This document shows, piece by piece, positions 19,153 to 29,084 of a stretch of 64,000 nucleotides of DNA. The stretch is taken from positions 8,424-72,423 of the forward strand of contig JBAYFP010000003.1 in the NCBI GenBank assembly GCA_041667145.1, read 5' to 3'. The notes beneath the pieces are model-generated. The model saw only the letters and a list, made by a program, of their open reading frames with translations. It ran no database searches and had not been told where the DNA came from. Made by a program: the position numbers and the translations under genes. This DNA comes from Minisyncoccota bacterium (GTDB taxonomy: Bacteria; Patescibacteriota; Minisyncoccia; Phycocordibacterales; UBA9973). Position 1 is the stretch's first letter, and each line of letters starts with the position of its first letter.

Positions 19153-20421
19153 CTAAAATTTCAATACCTTAGAAAATTTTGTTTTATCTTTAAATGGCCC
19201 AATAAGAGCTAAGTTGAGTTTATCATCTTTAAATATATTTTTAGCTAAAATCTGTATTTCTAACGCTGTAACTTTCCTAATCTCGTCTGATTTTTGTTCT
19301 ATCTCCTTTATTTCACGCTTTAAAAGTTCTTGCATCCCATAAAAGCTAGCAATATCATCACTGGACTCTAAAGAGAGCTTCATATTACCTATCAAAAATT
19401 CTTTTACTTTATTTAATTCTTCTTTAGAAATTTTTTGTTCCTTTAATTTTTTACACTCCTCTAAAACTGCTTCTATGACCTCATAAATCCTCTTATTATC
19501 CACCCCCGCCGAAACTTGGAAAAAACCATGATCTGTATAAGCATCGTTATATGCACGTACATAATATCCGACACCCATTTCTTCGCGTAATTTCTGGAAA
19601 AGTCTTGAACTCATTCCTCCACCTAGGACTCCCGCCAATACGGAAAGTACTGCATTTTTCTTATAAAATAAATCATAACTTCGTAAACCTAAAACAAAGT
19701 GTGTCTGATCTGTTTTTTTAAATTTTACCAAAATTCCTGGCTTTGTCTGAGTTTCTTTTACTTTTAATTTTAAAGATTTTTTACCATGTGAAATTTTACC
19801 AAAAATTTTTGTCACTTCTTTCGATACCTCACGCTCATTCACCTTCCCTGCCACTACTATAGTCGTCGCCTCCGGTAAATAATGCGCTTTTTTATAATTT
19901 ATAAAATCACTACGCTTCATATTTAAAATATTTTTTTTATCTCCTGCTATGTTCCACCCTGCTGGTTGGTCACCATACAAAAGCTCCATTATCAAATCTT
20001 GAACATGCCTATTTGGCATATCTTCATACATATTTATCTCTTCGACAATGACACCCTTTTCTTTCTGCATTTCTACTTCTGGGAAAGTTGAATTCAAATA
20101 AATATCTGAGACAACATCAAAAATTTGTCTGAAATGCCTAGCATCTGATTTAGCATAATATCCTGTATATTCCTGCGCTGTGAAAGCATTATATTGGGAA
20201 CCTAAAGCATCTAATTCCTTTGAAATATCTATGGCCTTAGGTCTTTTGATAGTCCCTTTGAAACACATATGTTCTAAAAAGTGTGAAATGCCATTAATTT
20301 CTTTCCTTTCGTATTTAGACCCTGCTTCTACCAATACCAAAACAGTCACCGTCGGGTTATCTTTCATTGGAACAGTAATCACTCGCAAACCATTATGTAG
20401 AATTTTCTTAGAAAACTTCAT
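19153..20421 (-). CDS. M16 family zinc peptidase
   Basis: GISHFLEHMCFKGT, NAFT, EKGVIVEE, LGGGMSSRLFQKLRE. Confidence 0.95.
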   Translation of the reverse strand: MKFSKKILHNGLRVITVPMKDNPTVTVLVLVEAGSKYERKEINGISHFLEHMCFKGTIKRPKAIDISKELDALGSQYNAFTAQEYTGYYAKSDARHFRQIFDVVSDIYLNSTFPEVEMQKEKGVIVEEINMYEDMPNRHVQDLIMELLYGDQPAGWNIAGDKKNILNMKRSDFINYKKAHYLPEATTIVVAGKVNEREVSKEVTKIFGKISHGKKSLKLKVKETQTKPGILVKFKKTDQTHFVLGLRSYDLFYKKNAVLSVLAGVLGGGMSSRLFQKLREEMGVGYYVRAYNDAYTDHGFFQVSAGVDNKRIYEVIEAVLEECKKLKEQKISKEELNKVKEFLIGNMKLSLESSDDIASFYGMQELLKREIKEIEQKSDEIRKVTALEIQILAKNIFKDDKLNLALIGPFKDKTKFSKVLKF

Positions 20422-20432
20422 TTAAATTTTAA

Positions 20433-21647
20433 TTATATTTTATCCTCTATATATTTTTTTAATCCAGAAACTTTTACCCTCTCCTGCTCTCCTCCATCCC
20501 TATCTCTCACAGTCACTGCATCATCAGTCAATGTATCAAAATCCACCACTATACAGAATGGTGTTCCTATCTCATCTTGTCTTCTATATCGTTTACCTAT
20601 GTTGCCATTATCATCCCACATCACTCTACCAAATTCTGCTTTAAGCGGTGCAAAAACTTTTGTATTTGCATATTCTACGAGTTCCGGTTTATTTTTAAGT
20701 AGAGGAGATACAGCACAAATAACTGGCGCTATACTAGGCTTAAACTTTAAATATGATCTTACTTCTCCATCTTTTTCTTCCTCCATATATGCTGAGACAA
20801 GTAAAGACAAAAGAGCTCGATCGACTCCTATCGATGGTTCTATGACATGTGGTGTCATTTTTTCTGCAAGATCTTCATCTATATATTCTAGTTTATGATT
20901 TTTTAAATCAAAATCTGTTCTATAAGCTAAACCAAGAAGTTCTTTTTTACCAAAAGGAAAATCAAATTCAAAATCAATCGTTCTCTCTGAATAATGAGCC
21001 CTATCTTGACCTCCCACTTCAAGTTCATGGACTTTCGTCATATCGACTCCAATCTCTTCAAGCCAATCGATCATCTCCCCTCTCCAATATTCAAAATACT
21101 TTTCCCAATCAGTCGAACGAACAAAATACTCTATCTCCATTTGTTCAAATTCACGAACTCGAAAAATGAAATCTCTCGGCGCTATCTCATTTCTAAATGC
21201 TTTGCCTATTTGTGCCATTCCAAAAGGAAGTTTTGGATGAAAAGCATCTACTGTATTTTTAAAATTAACAAACATTCCTTGAGCTGTCTCTGGTCGAAGA
21301 TATGAAACAGCCGCTTCTTCTCCTGCTCCCACCTGTGTCTTAAACATCACATTAAATTGTTTACCGTCCTCCGTCGGATCTGAAAAACCTGCCACGTGCC
21401 CAGAAGCTTCCCATGCTTTTGCATTCATCAAAATAGCCGCATCGAGCCCATACATATCTCGCCTACTATCTACAAATTTCTTCCACCAACTCTGCTTGAT
21501 ATTATTTTTTAAAGCTACTCCAAAATGACCATAGTCAAACGTCCCAGCTAGGCCTCCATATATCTCCGAGCCTTGAAATATAAAACCTCGTCTCTTGCAA
21601 AGTGAAACTATCTTTTCCATTAAATCATTATCTTTTTTTTCTTGCAT
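20433..21647 (-). CDS. glyQS: Glycyl-tRNA synthetase (alpha2 type), compact
   Basis: LCKRRGF, YLRPETAQGMF, GKAFRNEI, FRVREFEQME, VIEPSIG, IGKRYRRQDEIGTP. Confidence 0.96.
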   Translation of the reverse strand: MQEKKDNDLMEKIVSLCKRRGFIFQGSEIYGGLAGTFDYGHFGVALKNNIKQSWWKKFVDSRRDMYGLDAAILMNAKAWEASGHVAGFSDPTEDGKQFNVMFKTQVGAGEEAAVSYLRPETAQGMFVNFKNTVDAFHPKLPFGMAQIGKAFRNEIAPRDFIFRVREFEQMEIEYFVRSTDWEKYFEYWRGEMIDWLEEIGVDMTKVHELEVGGQDRAHYSERTIDFEFDFPFGKKELLGLAYRTDFDLKNHKLEYIDEDLAEKMTPHVIEPSIGVDRALLSLLVSAYMEEEKDGEVRSYLKFKPSIAPVICAVSPLLKNKPELVEYANTKVFAPLKAEFGRVMWDDNGNIGKRYRRQDEIGTPFCIVVDFDTLTDDAVTVRDRDGGEQERVKVSGLKKYIEDKI

Positions 21648-21670
21648 TTTTTTATCTTTATTTTATTAAA

Positions 21671-23602
21671 CTATTCAACTACCCTACTACCATTAAATGT
21701 AAAACCTGGATCATTCAAAAGGCGAGTACTCAATGATGCTTTATTGACTCTCACATCTACATTAGCAAAATCATCATGCCCGGTCAAAGTCGTATCATTA
21801 ATGATTGTCGGCTCTGTACCAACTTGAGAAAGTGAAGGCGTCAATTCTACTTGGAAAGAAATCTCTCTCCCCTCTTCAGTAATACCTGTACCCTTTGGTA
21901 TCCCTCCAACATTCCAAACTATTTCTTTTGTAGAAGCATTATAGGTCAAATCTTCAGTAGCAGGAATAAAAGGCCCAACAAATCTTACCCATGGTGGAAG
22001 AGTCGAGCGTACCTGCGTATTAGAAATATTATTTGCCGTATTAGAAAGAGACCAAACTACCGTATAAGTCGTTTTTTGTTCTACCTTAGGAGGAATCGGC
22101 CCACTATTTGTAAAAGCTCCAGAATAAAAAAGTGCCTTACTAGAAAGACCAACATCAGAAATAATTCTTATCACCTTCGATTCAGTACTACTCAAATCAG
22201 TAGTGACACCAGCACTCTGTGATTGCTCTCCTGTCACAGAGACATCTATATTTATGGTCGGTGAAGAAACGATACCACTCGAAGCCGAAAAGAGCGAGAG
22301 AGGAGAGAAGGAAAAAGAAACTGCCCCAGAATCTCCTGGATCTACTGAAGTAAATTTACTTTGTGAATTCTTATCCCAAACTATTACATCCTGTGTCGAA
22401 TCATAAAAACCCTGCCCCACTGATATAGTTTTACGATTTATTGAATTACCAGAAATTTTTGCACGAATAGATAAATTATTTATCTTTGTTTCTAGGTTAT
22501 TTGTCCATTGTATTTGTCCTTGAATAGAAGTCTTAGTATCTATGGCATATTCTCTCTGATATACACCATTTATAAGTAGCCTTGCATCAATCGAAGACTT
22601 TTTTACTAAAACGATGTGTTCTAGAGAATTAAAAACAACAGCGATTAAGGATTTATCTGTCGGCGACTGCGAACCACTCCAGACACGAAATACTTTTTCC
22701 TCTCCATCAAATACGTCAACCATTTTGCCTAAAATAGAGATACTGCGTTCTGCCCCTGGAGACAAATCTCCCAAGTTCCAAATATTATTACCCAAGGATG
22801 GCGAGGGTGTTGATTTCACAAATTGGAAACCAATGGGGTAATCAACCTTGAGAAGCATCTTTGAAACCGATTTCGTCGCGTTAAGTGTCGCTTTCACATT
22901 GAGAGTGATGTCTTGATTAGAACTCACTTCCGTAGGTGCATCAACAGAAAGATTGATAGGTGTAGAACTTATAGAAATATCAAATAATTTATCTTTCACA
23001 AAAATAGCATTTGAACCTTCAACTCTATACTCAATAGAAACTTTTATCTGGCGAGTACTTCCCTGTTCTCCAAACAGTATAAATTTCACATTCTCATTTT
23101 TTATTCCCCCAGCTGGAATCGTCCCTAACGATATACGCAAGTGCTCATTGTCTTGTGACAAACTAGCCTGTGAACTTTTCGGATATTCCACCAAAAGGTC
23201 GACAAGTTGTAATGGAGAGCTATTTCTATTTACCACTTCTAACAAAAGAGGATATTCTTCTCCCCCAGCGGTGAAAGCATTACTCAATATAGAAATATCA
23301 ATATTGTCATTGGAAACGCTATTACTATTACCAAAAAACATATAAGCTGCATAGCCAATAGATAATACAAAAAAGATTATCGAAAATATAAAGAATTTTT
23401 TAAACATAGATGTCTTCATAAAAAACTTCTCTCTCAAATCAGACCTGACTTCTTCTTTCTTCTGCCAAGAATCCATCACCTCTCTTTTTTGGAAATGCGG
23501 AAAACTATCACGATGCTCTATTTTTACTTGATAGTCTTTACTAAAAAGCTTACTTTTTAATTCTTCTATCTTATTTAATTTATCTCCATCTTGAAGCGAC
23601 AT
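21671..23602 (-). CDS. Membrane-anchored extracellular protein with tandem Ig/DUF11-like domains
   Basis: Single TM near residue 70-90; W.LGDL.PG and GPIPPKV..TTYTVVW motifs. Confidence 0.7.
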   Translation of the reverse strand: MSLQDGDKLNKIEELKSKLFSKDYQVKIEHRDSFPHFQKREVMDSWQKKEEVRSDLREKFFMKTSMFKKFFIFSIIFFVLSIGYAAYMFFGNSNSVSNDNIDISILSNAFTAGGEEYPLLLEVVNRNSSPLQLVDLLVEYPKSSQASLSQDNEHLRISLGTIPAGGIKNENVKFILFGEQGSTRQIKVSIEYRVEGSNAIFVKDKLFDISISSTPINLSVDAPTEVSSNQDITLNVKATLNATKSVSKMLLKVDYPIGFQFVKSTPSPSLGNNIWNLGDLSPGAERSISILGKMVDVFDGEEKVFRVWSGSQSPTDKSLIAVVFNSLEHIVLVKKSSIDARLLINGVYQREYAIDTKTSIQGQIQWTNNLETKINNLSIRAKISGNSINRKTISVGQGFYDSTQDVIVWDKNSQSKFTSVDPGDSGAVSFSFSPLSLFSASSGIVSSPTINIDVSVTGEQSQSAGVTTDLSSTESKVIRIISDVGLSSKALFYSGAFTNSGPIPPKVEQKTTYTVVWSLSNTANNISNTQVRSTLPPWVRFVGPFIPATEDLTYNASTKEIVWNVGGIPKGTGITEEGREISFQVELTPSLSQVGTEPTIINDTTLTGHDDFANVDVRVNKASLSTRLLNDPGFTFNGSRVVE

Positions 23603-23617
23603 TTATTAATTATACCA

Positions 23618-23654
23618 CCCCGAACAAGATTTAGAAATCTCTTAAGGGACAGGT
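23618..23654. repeat. 37-bp dispersed element, CCCCGAACAA-hairpin-CAGGT family, copy 2
   Basis: CCCCGAACAA-GATTT-AG-AAATCT-CTTAAGGGACAGGT. Confidence 0.7.
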
Positions 23655-23657
23655 ATT

Positions 23658-24236
23658 CTACAAGTGTGTCTCTTTAAGAGCTTTATTTATTTGATATAAT
23701 ATTTTAGTTCTATTTTCTGATGCTTTAAATACTAAATCTTCCTCAAATGGTGACCTAATAAAATCTTTCAAAACCTCATTTCCTCCTATATATCCTAGAT
23801 TATTTAAAATACGTAAAACGATAATAACCTCAATATTTCGCAATTCATCTTTAGTTTCAGATTTTTCTAAAATAAATAATCCATTCAATAAATCATTAAA
23901 TAAAACTTCGTTTGGGTCTTCTCCGGCAAGTAAACGTTTCAAAAGTTTAGAAATATTTACAAAAACTTTAAAAACTTCTGGGTTAGATAAATTCTCCAGT
24001 TTATTTGTTTTAGCTACATTTGTAATTCGCCAAAAATCTTTCCCTTTTACTAAATCAATCTTGAGATATGCAAAGTCTTGCAAAACGAAACGCAACTTCG
24101 AGGATATTTTTCTCACACCCTGCGCGCTTGCATATATCATTCCTAAGTCACGGGTAAAAATGGAGTAATACTTCCCCGTCTCTCCAAAGTGCCCACTTCC
24201 TAATATTATTCCTTCTGTGTGGTGTATATGATGCAT
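23658..24236 (-). CDS. recO: DNA repair protein RecO (short form)
   Basis: TEGIIL..FGE..IFTRDLG.I.A.AQGVRK.SSKLR; LRIL..LGY. Confidence 0.85.
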   Translation of the reverse strand: MHHIHHTEGIILGSGHFGETGKYYSIFTRDLGMIYASAQGVRKISSKLRFVLQDFAYLKIDLVKGKDFWRITNVAKTNKLENLSNPEVFKVFVNISKLLKRLLAGEDPNEVLFNDLLNGLFILEKSETKDELRNIEVIIVLRILNNLGYIGGNEVLKDFIRSPFEEDLVFKASENRTKILYQINKALKETHL

Positions 24237-24874
24237 TAGAATTCTTCTTCTTTATTTTCTTCAAAATTTTTAAAAATTATATTATGTTCTTTTAAAACCA
24301 AAGATGGCATCTCATGATTAGCTCCAAAAGAAATAAGCATCCCATCATGAATTGGAAAACAAATTTTAGGTTTTACATCTAGGGCATAGCTGATTGAATC
24401 TTTTACATTCGCCCATGGACCAGCCACAGGTAAAGCCAAAATTTCAACAGGTTTATTTGGATTATAAAAAGCATCTCCTGGATAAAATAATCTTTTACCT
24501 ATAAAATATGCAGTATTTTGTACTATAAAAATGTCCCCAAAAATTTCTTCATGTTTACAATCATGTGCTTCTATCTCTACACCAAAAAAATCTTTCGGAT
24601 CTTTATACTTTAAGATTTCATACTTAATACCAACTCCATCCAACAACTTTCCGACCCCTTCATTTGTAATTATTTTAATATTGGGATTATTTTTTATAAT
24701 TTCCTTTAAAGACTCAATATGTATGTGATCCCTGTGTTCATGAGTGATAATTATTAAATCAATATTAAATTCCTTCTCCTGCTCTCCAACAGTCCAAGAA
24801 CCTGGATCAGTCATAATCCTTTTTCCATTTTCCTCTATAACTAAACAACAATGTCCAAGTTTTTTGATTTTCAC
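24236..24874 (-). CDS. Metallo-beta-lactamase fold hydrolase
   Basis: LGHCC, TDPG, ITHEHRDH, YPGD, PIHDG. Confidence 0.9.
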   Translation of the reverse strand: MKIKKLGHCCLVIEENGKRIMTDPGSWTVGEQEKEFNIDLIIITHEHRDHIHIESLKEIIKNNPNIKIITNEGVGKLLDGVGIKYEILKYKDPKDFFGVEIEAHDCKHEEIFGDIFIVQNTAYFIGKRLFYPGDAFYNPNKPVEILALPVAGPWANVKDSISYALDVKPKICFPIHDGMLISFGANHEMPSLVLKEHNIIFKNFEENKEEEF

Positions 24875-24881
24875 AAAATTT

Positions 24882-25292
24882 TTAACCTCTCGTTTTATTA
24901 AAAATTTCTATACCATCTAAAATCCACTCAGCACGTAAATTTGTAAATTTCTTTAATTCGTCCAAGGAAAACCAACCGGCATTCATTATCTCATCTGCAG
25001 GTATTTTTAATTCTCCACCTATAATTTCGGCATAAAATAAATGTGCTACCGGTCTGGTAATATCTTTATGAAATATTCCAATCTCTTTAATAAGAGAAAC
25101 ATCAAAACCGGATTCTTCTTTCGCTTCCTTAACTGCCGTCTGTTCTATATTGTCTCCTTTGTCAACCTTCCCCGCTGGCCAATTCCAAAGACCTTTTTTG
25201 GGACCCCTACCCTCTTGGACAAGTAAAAATTTGTTATCTTTAAATAATAAAACCCCAGCAACAACTTCAATTTTTTCAGTTTCTTTTTCCAT
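24882..25292 (-). CDS. NUDIX hydrolase
   Basis: WNWPAGKVDKGDNIEQTAVKEAKEESG. Confidence 0.9.
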   Translation of the reverse strand: MEKETEKIEVVAGVLLFKDNKFLLVQEGRGPKKGLWNWPAGKVDKGDNIEQTAVKEAKEESGFDVSLIKEIGIFHKDITRPVAHLFYAEIIGGELKIPADEIMNAGWFSLDELKKFTNLRAEWILDGIEIFNKTRG

Positions 25293-25312
25293 CTCTAAAT
25301 TATACTACATTT

Positions 25313-28300
25313 TTACTTTTCAATCTTTACTTTAAACAGCAAAGTGTCAATTTTAATCTCCTCCCCATTATTTTCCTCAAATTTTATCTTTGAAGCTAGG
25401 ATTATTTTCAACAAATCTTCTTCAAATTTTTGAATTAATTTTTTACCCTCGTCATTGGTCTCAACAGTGAGAGAAATAACATCACTAGGAGTGAGCCCCA
25501 TCTTCTTGCGCATGTCTTGTATTGCTCGCACAAATTCTCGATAATCTCCTTCTTGTTTTAACTCTCCTGTGATATTCATATCAAGCAATACTTCAACTTC
25601 AAGATTCTTATTTTCTTTTACTTCTTTCACATTAAGCTCATCCTTAATTAATTCAATATATTCACCACCTAAATTACAATCCTTCACTTCAAGTGAAGCT
25701 AAAGGCTGGCGAACTTTTAATCCTGCCTTTTGTCGAGCCTCGAGGCCTAAAGTCACGATCTTTCTGACAGTTTCCATATGTTCCAGTACCCCCTCCTTCT
25801 TCCTCCCCCTATATAGGGGGAGGCTAGGTAGGGGTATAAATCCAAATATCTTTGAAACCTTTACCTCTGGCCACTCTGTTAAATGCACACTTTCTTCATC
25901 TTCTTCGCTCCTTAATTTCAACCAAATATCTTCCGCAGTAAATGGTACAAACGGCGCCATTATTTTTGTAAGAGTTTTTAATACAAAATACAAAGTTATC
26001 TTTGCTTTTTCAGCATCACCAATCTCCAAATCTATAGCTCCTTTTATTCTTTCCCTTGAACGACGTAAGTACCAAGTAGAGAGGTCACCAATAAAATCAC
26101 GAATAGCCCTAGTTGGTTCAAGTAATTTATAGTCATCAAGGTGTTTAGTAACAAGATCTATCAACTCATCCAATTTAGCTAAAATCCATTGATCTAAAAT
26201 ATCATCTGATTTTCTAGGTCCTAAAATTTCTAAATGAGGATCTCTATATAACTCATAAAATGCTAAAACATTATACAATAATCCAAAAACCTGACGATGA
26301 AGTTCGAGTACTGTTTTTTCATCAAAATTCTTTGATTCACCCGGCTGATTTACAGAATACATCCAAAGACGCAATGTATCTGCCCCATATTTATCCATTG
26401 CTTCCCATGGGTCAACAATATTACCAAGAGACTTCGACATCTTCTTACCTTTTGCATCAAGTAAATGTCCTAAACAAATAACATTCTTAAAAGCTTTACC
26501 ACGACCCATCAATACACCAATAGCATGTAAAGTATAAAACCATCCACGAGTCTGATCTATGGCTTCAGAAATAAAATCAGCAGGATATCCAGGACCATCA
26601 ACCCATTCTTTATTTTCAAAAGGATAATGATCTTGTGAAAAAGGCATAGTTCCAGAATCTAGCCAAACATCCATAACTTCTTTTGTGCGTATTAAATTTC
26701 CACCACATTTACAAACAAGTTCTACTTCATCGATAAAAGGCCTATGTAAATCAAGTTCATAATTTTCATTATGAGGAAGCGGGACAAAATCAAAATTTTT
26801 AATTTGTGCGTTAGCCAAATCACTATCTTTATCGCATAATGTTTCTTCTTTATTTAAACCTTTCACCATTGAAAATAGCGCCCAAGCAGTATCTTCATGT
26901 GTCACAATCAAAATATTTTTATTTTCATATTTTTGATCCACTTCATAAATAAATTTACCTACCCTTTTTTTTACATCAAGTAAAGCCTCTCCTTTTGGAC
27001 AAGCTCCGTCATATCTTTCTAATTTGTGCTCTATAAAATAATCATCAATGTCTTTCATCGAACTAGAAGCAAAAATACCATCATTTATTTCCACTAATCG
27101 TGAATCATTTTTTATATCTTTTACTTGGAAATTTATTCCTTCAGCAACAATCTTCGCTGTTTCTTGTGTACGTAAAAAAGGTGAAGCAAAAATCAAATCA
27201 ATTTTCTTATCTATTAAAAGTTTGACAGCTTCTTTAACCTGTTTATTACCTTTTTCAGTAAGATGATGAGTATTATTTGGGTTACTTGAAACTACATTAA
27301 GAGCATTATTTTCGGCCTCTCCGTGCCTCATCACGAAATATTTATTGCCAGATTTTTTTGTCTTTTCTTTTATTTCTTCTACACCCCCAATCACATCAAT
27401 CTTTTTACATGAATCACAAATCCAAACTGGAAGCGGGGTCCCCCAATAACGTTCACGAGATATAGCCCAATCTTTTATATCTTTAAGCCATTCACCAAAA
27501 CGCCCATCACGTATATGTGAAGGTTCCCAATTTATATCTTTATTTTCCTCAATCATTTTGTTCTTAATTTTCGGATCAGACATTCTGATATACCAAGAAT
27601 CACGGGCATAATAAATAAGTGCAGTATGGCAACGCCAACAGTGAGGATAAGAGTGCTCATATTTTTCTTTTTTTAACAAAAGATTTTTATGGGCAAGATC
27701 TTTTATAATATCAACAGCGACTTCTTCATCTCTAACAAATCTATCTTCTAAAAATTCAGTTCCCTTTAAAAATTTACCATCAAGACCAACAAGGTGATGT
27801 TTTGGTAGCCCAATTTCATTGCCTAATACAAAGTCATCCTGACCATACATCACTGCGGTGTGCACTACACCTGTTCCATCTTCAGTTGTCACAAAATCTG
27901 CGTTGTAAACTTTATAAGCCTTTTCTAATTTTGGTTTTTCACTTTCAGAAATTGTATTTTGCAAAAATGGATAAAGTGATTCATATTGTAAACCAATTAA
28001 ATCTTTACCTTTTATTTCATCATGAATAATCTCAATATTCTGACCTTCAAAAACATTTTTTATTCTATCTTTTGCAAGAATGTAAAGTCCAGAAACACCA
28101 ACGACTCTTAATGCCACATAAGAAATATCTTTCCCCACGGCTAAAGCGACATTCCCTGGAAGTGTCCACGGTGTTGTGGTCCAAGCCAAGATATAAGCAC
28201 TCTCTTTTATTATCATACCCTTCCCAAAAGATTGACCGGGCTTGAGGTGAAATTTTACTGTTACTGACAAATCTTTTACATTTTCATACCCTTGGGCTAA

Positions 28301-28879
28301 TTCATGAGAAGACAAACCTGTACCACATCTAGGACACCATGGTACAACTTTATAATCCTTGTAGAGTAAATTTTGCTCATTAACTTTCTTCAAAATACTC
28401 CATACAGACTCCATGTAAGTATTATGATATGTGACATATGCATTTTCTTGATCAACAAAGTAGCCCATTCTCTCAGTAAATTTACTCCAATCATCCGTAT
28501 ACTGCCAGACACTTTCTTTACACTGTTGGTTGAATTTTACAATTCCATATTTTTCAATTGCAATTTTTGAATCTAAATTTAATTTTTTTTCTACTTGAAG
28601 TTCTACTGGTAATCCATGAGTATCCCACCCACCTTTACGACGCACATGAAAACCCTGCATAGTCTTATATCTAGGAATAGCATCTTTAAATGCCCTAGCC
28701 TCTAAGTGATGAATACCTGGTTTGCCATTAGCAGTAGGAGGTCCTTCGTAAAAAATAAATTCTTTCTTCCCTTCTGTTTGAGTTAGAGATTTTTGAAAAG
28801 TTTTATTTTCTTTCCAAAACTCTAAAATACGCTCTTCTCTAAGTGCTGTTTCTGATTTTACGTTTTTTTCTTTTTCCAT
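25313..28879 (-). CDS. ileS: Isoleucyl-tRNA synthetase type 2 with inserted histidine-phosphatase domain
   Basis: EGPPTANGKPGIHH, GWDTHGLPVE, WTTTPWTLP, DWAISRERYWG, DQTRGWFY, KMSKS; start set at ATG 28879 because the longer ORF extends into the T-box terminator. Confidence 0.96.
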   Translation of the reverse strand: MEKEKNVKSETALREERILEFWKENKTFQKSLTQTEGKKEFIFYEGPPTANGKPGIHHLEARAFKDAIPRYKTMQGFHVRRKGGWDTHGLPVELQVEKKLNLDSKIAIEKYGIVKFNQQCKESVWQYTDDWSKFTERMGYFVDQENAYVTYHNTYMESVWSILKKVNEQNLLYKDYKVVPWCPRCGTGLSSHELAQGYENVKDLSVTVKFHLKPGQSFGKGMIIKESAYILAWTTTPWTLPGNVALAVGKDISYVALRVVGVSGLYILAKDRIKNVFEGQNIEIIHDEIKGKDLIGLQYESLYPFLQNTISESEKPKLEKAYKVYNADFVTTEDGTGVVHTAVMYGQDDFVLGNEIGLPKHHLVGLDGKFLKGTEFLEDRFVRDEEVAVDIIKDLAHKNLLLKKEKYEHSYPHCWRCHTALIYYARDSWYIRMSDPKIKNKMIEENKDINWEPSHIRDGRFGEWLKDIKDWAISRERYWGTPLPVWICDSCKKIDVIGGVEEIKEKTKKSGNKYFVMRHGEAENNALNVVSSNPNNTHHLTEKGNKQVKEAVKLLIDKKIDLIFASPFLRTQETAKIVAEGINFQVKDIKNDSRLVEINDGIFASSSMKDIDDYFIEHKLERYDGACPKGEALLDVKKRVGKFIYEVDQKYENKNILIVTHEDTAWALFSMVKGLNKEETLCDKDSDLANAQIKNFDFVPLPHNENYELDLHRPFIDEVELVCKCGGNLIRTKEVMDVWLDSGTMPFSQDHYPFENKEWVDGPGYPADFISEAIDQTRGWFYTLHAIGVLMGRGKAFKNVICLGHLLDAKGKKMSKSLGNIVDPWEAMDKYGADTLRLWMYSVNQPGESKNFDEKTVLELHRQVFGLLYNVLAFYELYRDPHLEILGPRKSDDILDQWILAKLDELIDLVTKHLDDYKLLEPTRAIRDFIGDLSTWYLRRSRERIKGAIDLEIGDAEKAKITLYFVLKTLTKIMAPFVPFTAEDIWLKLRSEEDEESVHLTEWPEVKVSKIFGFIPLPSLPLYRGRKKEGVLEHMETVRKIVTLGLEARQKAGLKVRQPLASLEVKDCNLGGEYIELIKDELNVKEVKENKNLEVEVLLDMNITGELKQEGDYREFVRAIQDMRKKMGLTPSDVISLTVETNDEGKKLIQKFEEDLLKIILASKIKFEENNGEEIKIDTLLFKVKIEK
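25787..25836. repeat. C/G-run palindromic element in-frame in ileS
   Basis: TACCCCCTCCTTCTTCCTCCCCCTA-TA-TAGGGGGAGGCTAGGTAGGGGTA. Confidence 0.9.
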
Positions 28880-28888
28880 ATATAAATT

Positions 28889-29050
28889 AAAAAACTCGTC
28901 CACGTACAACAATTAATAATTGCTATACAAGGACGAGTTTCTTCTCGTGGTACCACCTTGGTTACTTCTCATTACCGCTATAACGGGCTTACCCGTCGGG
29001 TTCTACTTAATTTCCTCCCGAAGCTCAGAGGTGATAACCTCCTCAATGCC
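28889..29050 (-). ncRNA. T-box riboswitch (Ile, AUC specifier, ultra-short stem I) with terminator
   Basis: GGCAUUGAGGAGGUU-AUC-ACCUCUGAGC; AGUA in stem II; CGGGUAAGCCCGUUA; AAGGUGGUACCACG..CUCGUCCUU; terminator AAACUCGUCC..GGACGAGUUUUUU. Confidence 0.92.
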
Positions 29051-29084
29051 TATAAATAAAGTATAGCATAAAATTTAAATTTTT

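Noticed and set aside
26209-26229. Possible second palindromic insert in ileS (TTTCTAGG-T-CCTAAAA)
   Set aside because: Short, imperfect, AT-rich and single copy; not distinguishable from chance.
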